Shown here: positions 59,719 to 64,000 of the stretch, piece by piece | How positions within the stretch are numbered: the first letter of the stretch is position 1 | Layout: every line of letters begins with the position of its first letter | NCBI RefSeq assembly: GCF_009914755.1 | Contig: NC_060934.1 | From: the human T2T-CHM13v2.0 reference genome, Homo sapiens | Length of the DNA stretch: 64,000 nucleotides | Strand: one strand, 5' to 3' | Made by a program: the position numbers and the translations under genes | The notes under the pieces: model-generated | Database searches by the model: none | Told to the model about the DNA's origin: nothing | The model's input: only the letters and a program-made list of their open reading frames with translations

Positions 59719-61587
59719 AAGTACCACATTTTCTTTATCCATTCATCTATTAATGGACACTTAGGTTGTTTCGAAATTTTGGCTATTGTGAACAGTGCTG
59801 CAATAAACATGGGAGTGCATATATCTTCTCGATATACTGATTTACTTTCTTTTGGGTATATACCAGCAGGGGAATTGCTGGATCATATAGTAGCTCTATT
59901 TTTAGCTTATTGAGGAACCTCCAACTGTTCTCCATGGTGGTTGTACTAATTTACATTCCCACCAACAGTGTATGAGAATTTCCTTTGCTTCACATTCTTG
60001 CTAGCATTTGTTATTGCCTGTCTTTGGATATAAGCCATTTTGATTGAAGTGAGAGGATATTTCATTGTAGTTTTGATTTGCATTTCTCTGATGATCAATG
60101 ATGTTGAACATCTTTTCAAATGCCTGTTTGTCATTTGTATGTCTTCTTTTGAGAAAAGAGTGTTCAAATATTTTGCCCATTTTTAATCAGGTTATTAAAT
60201 TTTTTCCTGTAGAGTTGTTTGAGCTATTTATGTATTCTGGTTACTAACCCCTTGATGGATGAGTAGTTTGAAAATATTTTCTCCCATTCTGTGGGTTGTG
60301 TCTTAATTTTGTTGATTGTTTCCTTTGCAGTGCAGAAGCATTTTAGCTTGATGTGATCTCATTTATCCATTTTTGCTTTGGTTTCCTGTGCTTGTGGGGT
60401 ATTACTGAAAAAATTTTTGCCTAGACCAATGTTCTGGAGAGTTTCTTTGATGCTTTCTTATAGTAGATATATAGATTGAGGTCATAGATTTCACTCTTTG
60501 ATCCATTTTAGTTTGATTTTGGTATATGGTGGGGGAGAGGGGTCTAGTTTCATTTTTTTTGCATATAGATATTCAGTTTTTCCAGCATCATTTATTGAAG
60601 AAACTATCTGTTCCTCAATGTATCTTCTTGGCACCTTTATTGAAAATGAGTTCACTGTAGGTGTGTGGATTGTTTCTGGGTTCCCTATAGAGTTCCATTG
60701 GTCTATGTGTCTGTTTTTATGCAAGTACCATGCTGTTTTAGGTACTATAGCTCTGCAGTATAATTGTAAGTAAGGTAATGTGATTCCTCCAGTTTTGTTC
60801 TATTTGTATTTTGTGGTTCCAAATACATTTTAGAATTGTTTTTTGTATTTCTGTGAAGAATGTCATTGGCATTTTGATGCAATTGCATTGAATCTGTAGT
60901 AGTATGGACATCTTAACAACATTGATTTTTCCAATCCATGAAGATGGACTATTTTTCCATTTTGGGGGATCTTATTCCATTTCCTTCATCGGTGTTTTAT
61001 AGTTTTCATTACAGAGATCTTTCACTTCTTTGTTTAATTCCTAGGTATTTTATTTGTAGCTATTGTAGATGGGATTTTGTATCCTGAAACTTTACTGAAT
61101 TTGTTTATCAGTTCTCATAGTTTTATTGTGGAGCCTTTAGGTTTTATCAAATATAAGATCATGTCATCTACAAATAAGGATAATTTGAATTCTTCCTTTC
61201 CAATTTGGATGCCCTTTCTTTCTTTATCTTGTTTGATTGTTCTAACTAGGACTTCCAGTACTATGGTGAATAACAGTGGTGAAAGTGAACATCCTTGTTG
61301 TGTTCCAAATCATACTGTGTTTCCCCATTCAGTATGATATGAGCTGTGGGTCTGCCATATGTGGCTTTTTTATGTTGAAGTATGTTCCTTCTAACCCAGT
61401 GTTTTGAAGGTTTTTGTTGTGAAGGGATGTTAAATTTTATCAAATAATTTTTCAGCACCAATTAAAATGATCATATGTTTTTTGTCCTTCATTTTATTGA
61501 TATGATGTATCACGTTGATTGATTTGCATATGTTGAACCATCCTTGCATCCCTAATCCCTGGGATAAATCCCACTTGATCATGATGA

Positions 61588-61965
<378 letters not shown>

Positions 61966-62846
61966 TGATGGTCTTTTTAATATACTGTTGGATTTGGCTT
62001 ACTATAATGGTATTTTTTGAGGATTTTTGCATTAATATTTATCAGAGATATTGGTCTGTAGTTTTCTTTTTTCAATGTGTCTTTTTTTCTGGTTTTGATA
62101 TCAGGGTAATACTGGCCTCATAGAATGAGCTGGAGGTATTCCCTCCTCCTCTATTTTTTGGAATAGTTTGAAGAGGATTGGTATGAGTTCTTTAAATGTA
62201 GGATTCAGCAGTGAAACTGTAGGGCCCCAGGTGTTCTTTCCTGGGAGACTTTTTATTACAGCTTTGCTCTCATTATTTGTTATTGGTCTGTACAGATTTT
62301 GGATTTCTTCATGGTTCAATCTTGGTAGGTTGTGTCTATGGATTTTTCCATTTCTTCTAGATTTTCCAGTTTATTGACATATAGTTGCTCATAGTAGCCA
62401 CTAATGGTACTTTGAATTTCTGTAGTATCAGATATGTCTCCATTTTCATCTCTGATTTTATTTATTTGGATATTTTCTCTTTTTTCTTAGTCTGTCTAAT
62501 GTTTTATCAATTTTGTTTAACTTTTCATAAAACCAGCTTTTTGTTCCATTGATCCTTTGTATTGTTTATTTCAATTTCATTTATCTCTGCTCTGATCTTT
62601 ATTATTTATTTTCTTCTATTAATTTTAGTTTTGCTTTGCTCTTGCTTTTTTAGTTCTTTAAGATGTATCATCAGGTTGTTTATTTGAAGTTTTTCTACTT
62701 TTTTGATGTAGGCGTTTATAGCTATAAAATTCCCTCTTAGTAGTGCATTTGCTGTATCCCATAGGTTTTATTATGTTGTGTTTCTATTACCATTTGTTTC
62801 AAGAAATTTTTCAATTTTCTTCTTGATTTTTTTGTTAACCCACTGG

Positions 62847-63890
62847 TCATTCAGGAACATATTGTTTAATTTCCATGTATTTGTATAGTTTCCAAATTTC
62901 TTTTTTATTGATTTCTAGTTTTATTCCATTATGATCAGAGAAGATGCTTGATATTATTTTAACTTTTCTGAATATTTTGAGACTTGTTTTGTGACCTAAC
63001 ATATGGTCTATCTTTGGAAATGGTCCATGTACTGAGGAAAGGAATGTGTATTCTGCAGCCATTGGATGAAATGTTCTGTAAATATCTATTAAGTCCATTT
63101 GGCCTATAATATAAATGAAGTTTGATGTTTCTTTGTTGACTTTCTGTCTGGAAAATATGTCCAATGCTGAAAATGGGGTGTTGAAGTCTCCAGGTGTTAT
63201 TGTATTGGGGCCTATTTCTCTATTTACCTCTAATAATATTTGCTTTATATGTTGGGGTGCTACGGTGTTGGGTGCATATATATTTAGAATTGTTATATCC
63301 TCTTGCTGAATTGACCCCTTTATCATTATATAGTGACCTTCTTTGTCTCTCTTTTTTTTTTTTTTTTCAAGCCAGGATCTTTCTCTGTCACCCAGGCTGG
63401 AGGGCAGTGACATGATCTCGGCTCACTGCAACATCAACCTCCTGGGCTCAAGGTATCCTTCCTCCTCAGCCTCCTGAGTAGCTGGAACTACAGACATGCA
63501 CCACTGTGCTTGGCTAATGTTTGTATTTTGTGTAGAAATGAGGTTTTACCGTGTTGCTTAGGCTAGTCTCAAACCCCTGGGCTCAAGAAATCCACCTGTC
63601 TCAGCCTCCTAAAGTGCTGAGATTACATGCATAAGCTACTGCACCCAGCCCATTGTCTCTTCTTATAGCTATTCATGCTCTTTTTTTTGGCTTCATTTGG
63701 CATGGAATATCTTTTTCTATCCATTTATTTTCAATCTATATGTGTCCTCATAGGTGAAGTGTGTTTCTTGTAGGCAATAGATCAACGGCTCTTGTTTTAT
63801 CCAGTTGGCCACTCTATGTCTTTTGATTGGAAAGTTTAGTCCATTTATATTGAGTGTTATTATTGATAAGTAAGAACTTACTCCTGCCAT
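62847..63890 (-). pseudogene. L1 ORF2p endonuclease (APE) domain remnant, split by a stop codon and an Alu
   Basis: MAGVSSYLSIITLNINGLN...CLQETH...KING* (63890-63717); past the Alu: NIYAPN, GDFN, KIDH and SDH motifs. Confidence 0.93.
63352..63650 (-). mobile_element. AluJ in L1 ORF2
   Basis: TSD core ttgtctct. Confidence 0.93.
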
Positions 63891-64000
63891 TTTGTTATTT
63901 GTTTTTTGGTTATTTTGTGATCTTCTCTTATTTCTTTCTTTTCTTCCTGTTTTCCTTTTAGTGAAGGTGATTTTCTCTGGTGATATGATTTAGTTTCTTG

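Overview
64 kb of CpG-depleted, repeat-rich primate genomic DNA (probably human; species and locus cannot be fixed from the sequence alone), with the look of an intron or intergenic region. I found no host protein-coding exon, RNA gene, CpG island, CRISPR array or prokaryotic system. Many of the listed ORFs are readings of Alu, L1, LTR or microsatellite sequence, and none of the rest resembles a protein I know. The window holds about 38 Alu or Alu-monomer copies, solo LTRs (THE1, MST, MLT1, MER39-like, MER4C-like, LTR16-like), DNA transposon relics (Tigger4b-like, MER5A-like), MIR and L2 fragments, old L1M fragments, and a long minus-strand L1MA with a dead ORF2 that runs off the right end. 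I cannot support a previously undescribed biological system. The best leads are: four fold-back palindromes that look like template-switch scars (12.5, 42.8, 48.3 and 58.9 kb); an AP-1/NF-kB enhancer-like cluster (30.4-33.9 kb); a CTCF motif overlapping a REST half-site (51.4 kb); + strand AG|GT recursive-splice or micro-exon candidates; abutting inverted Alus; and a possible L1 3' transduction inside an LTR. Subfamily names come from my memory of consensus sequences, not a search, and old-repeat boundaries are approximate.
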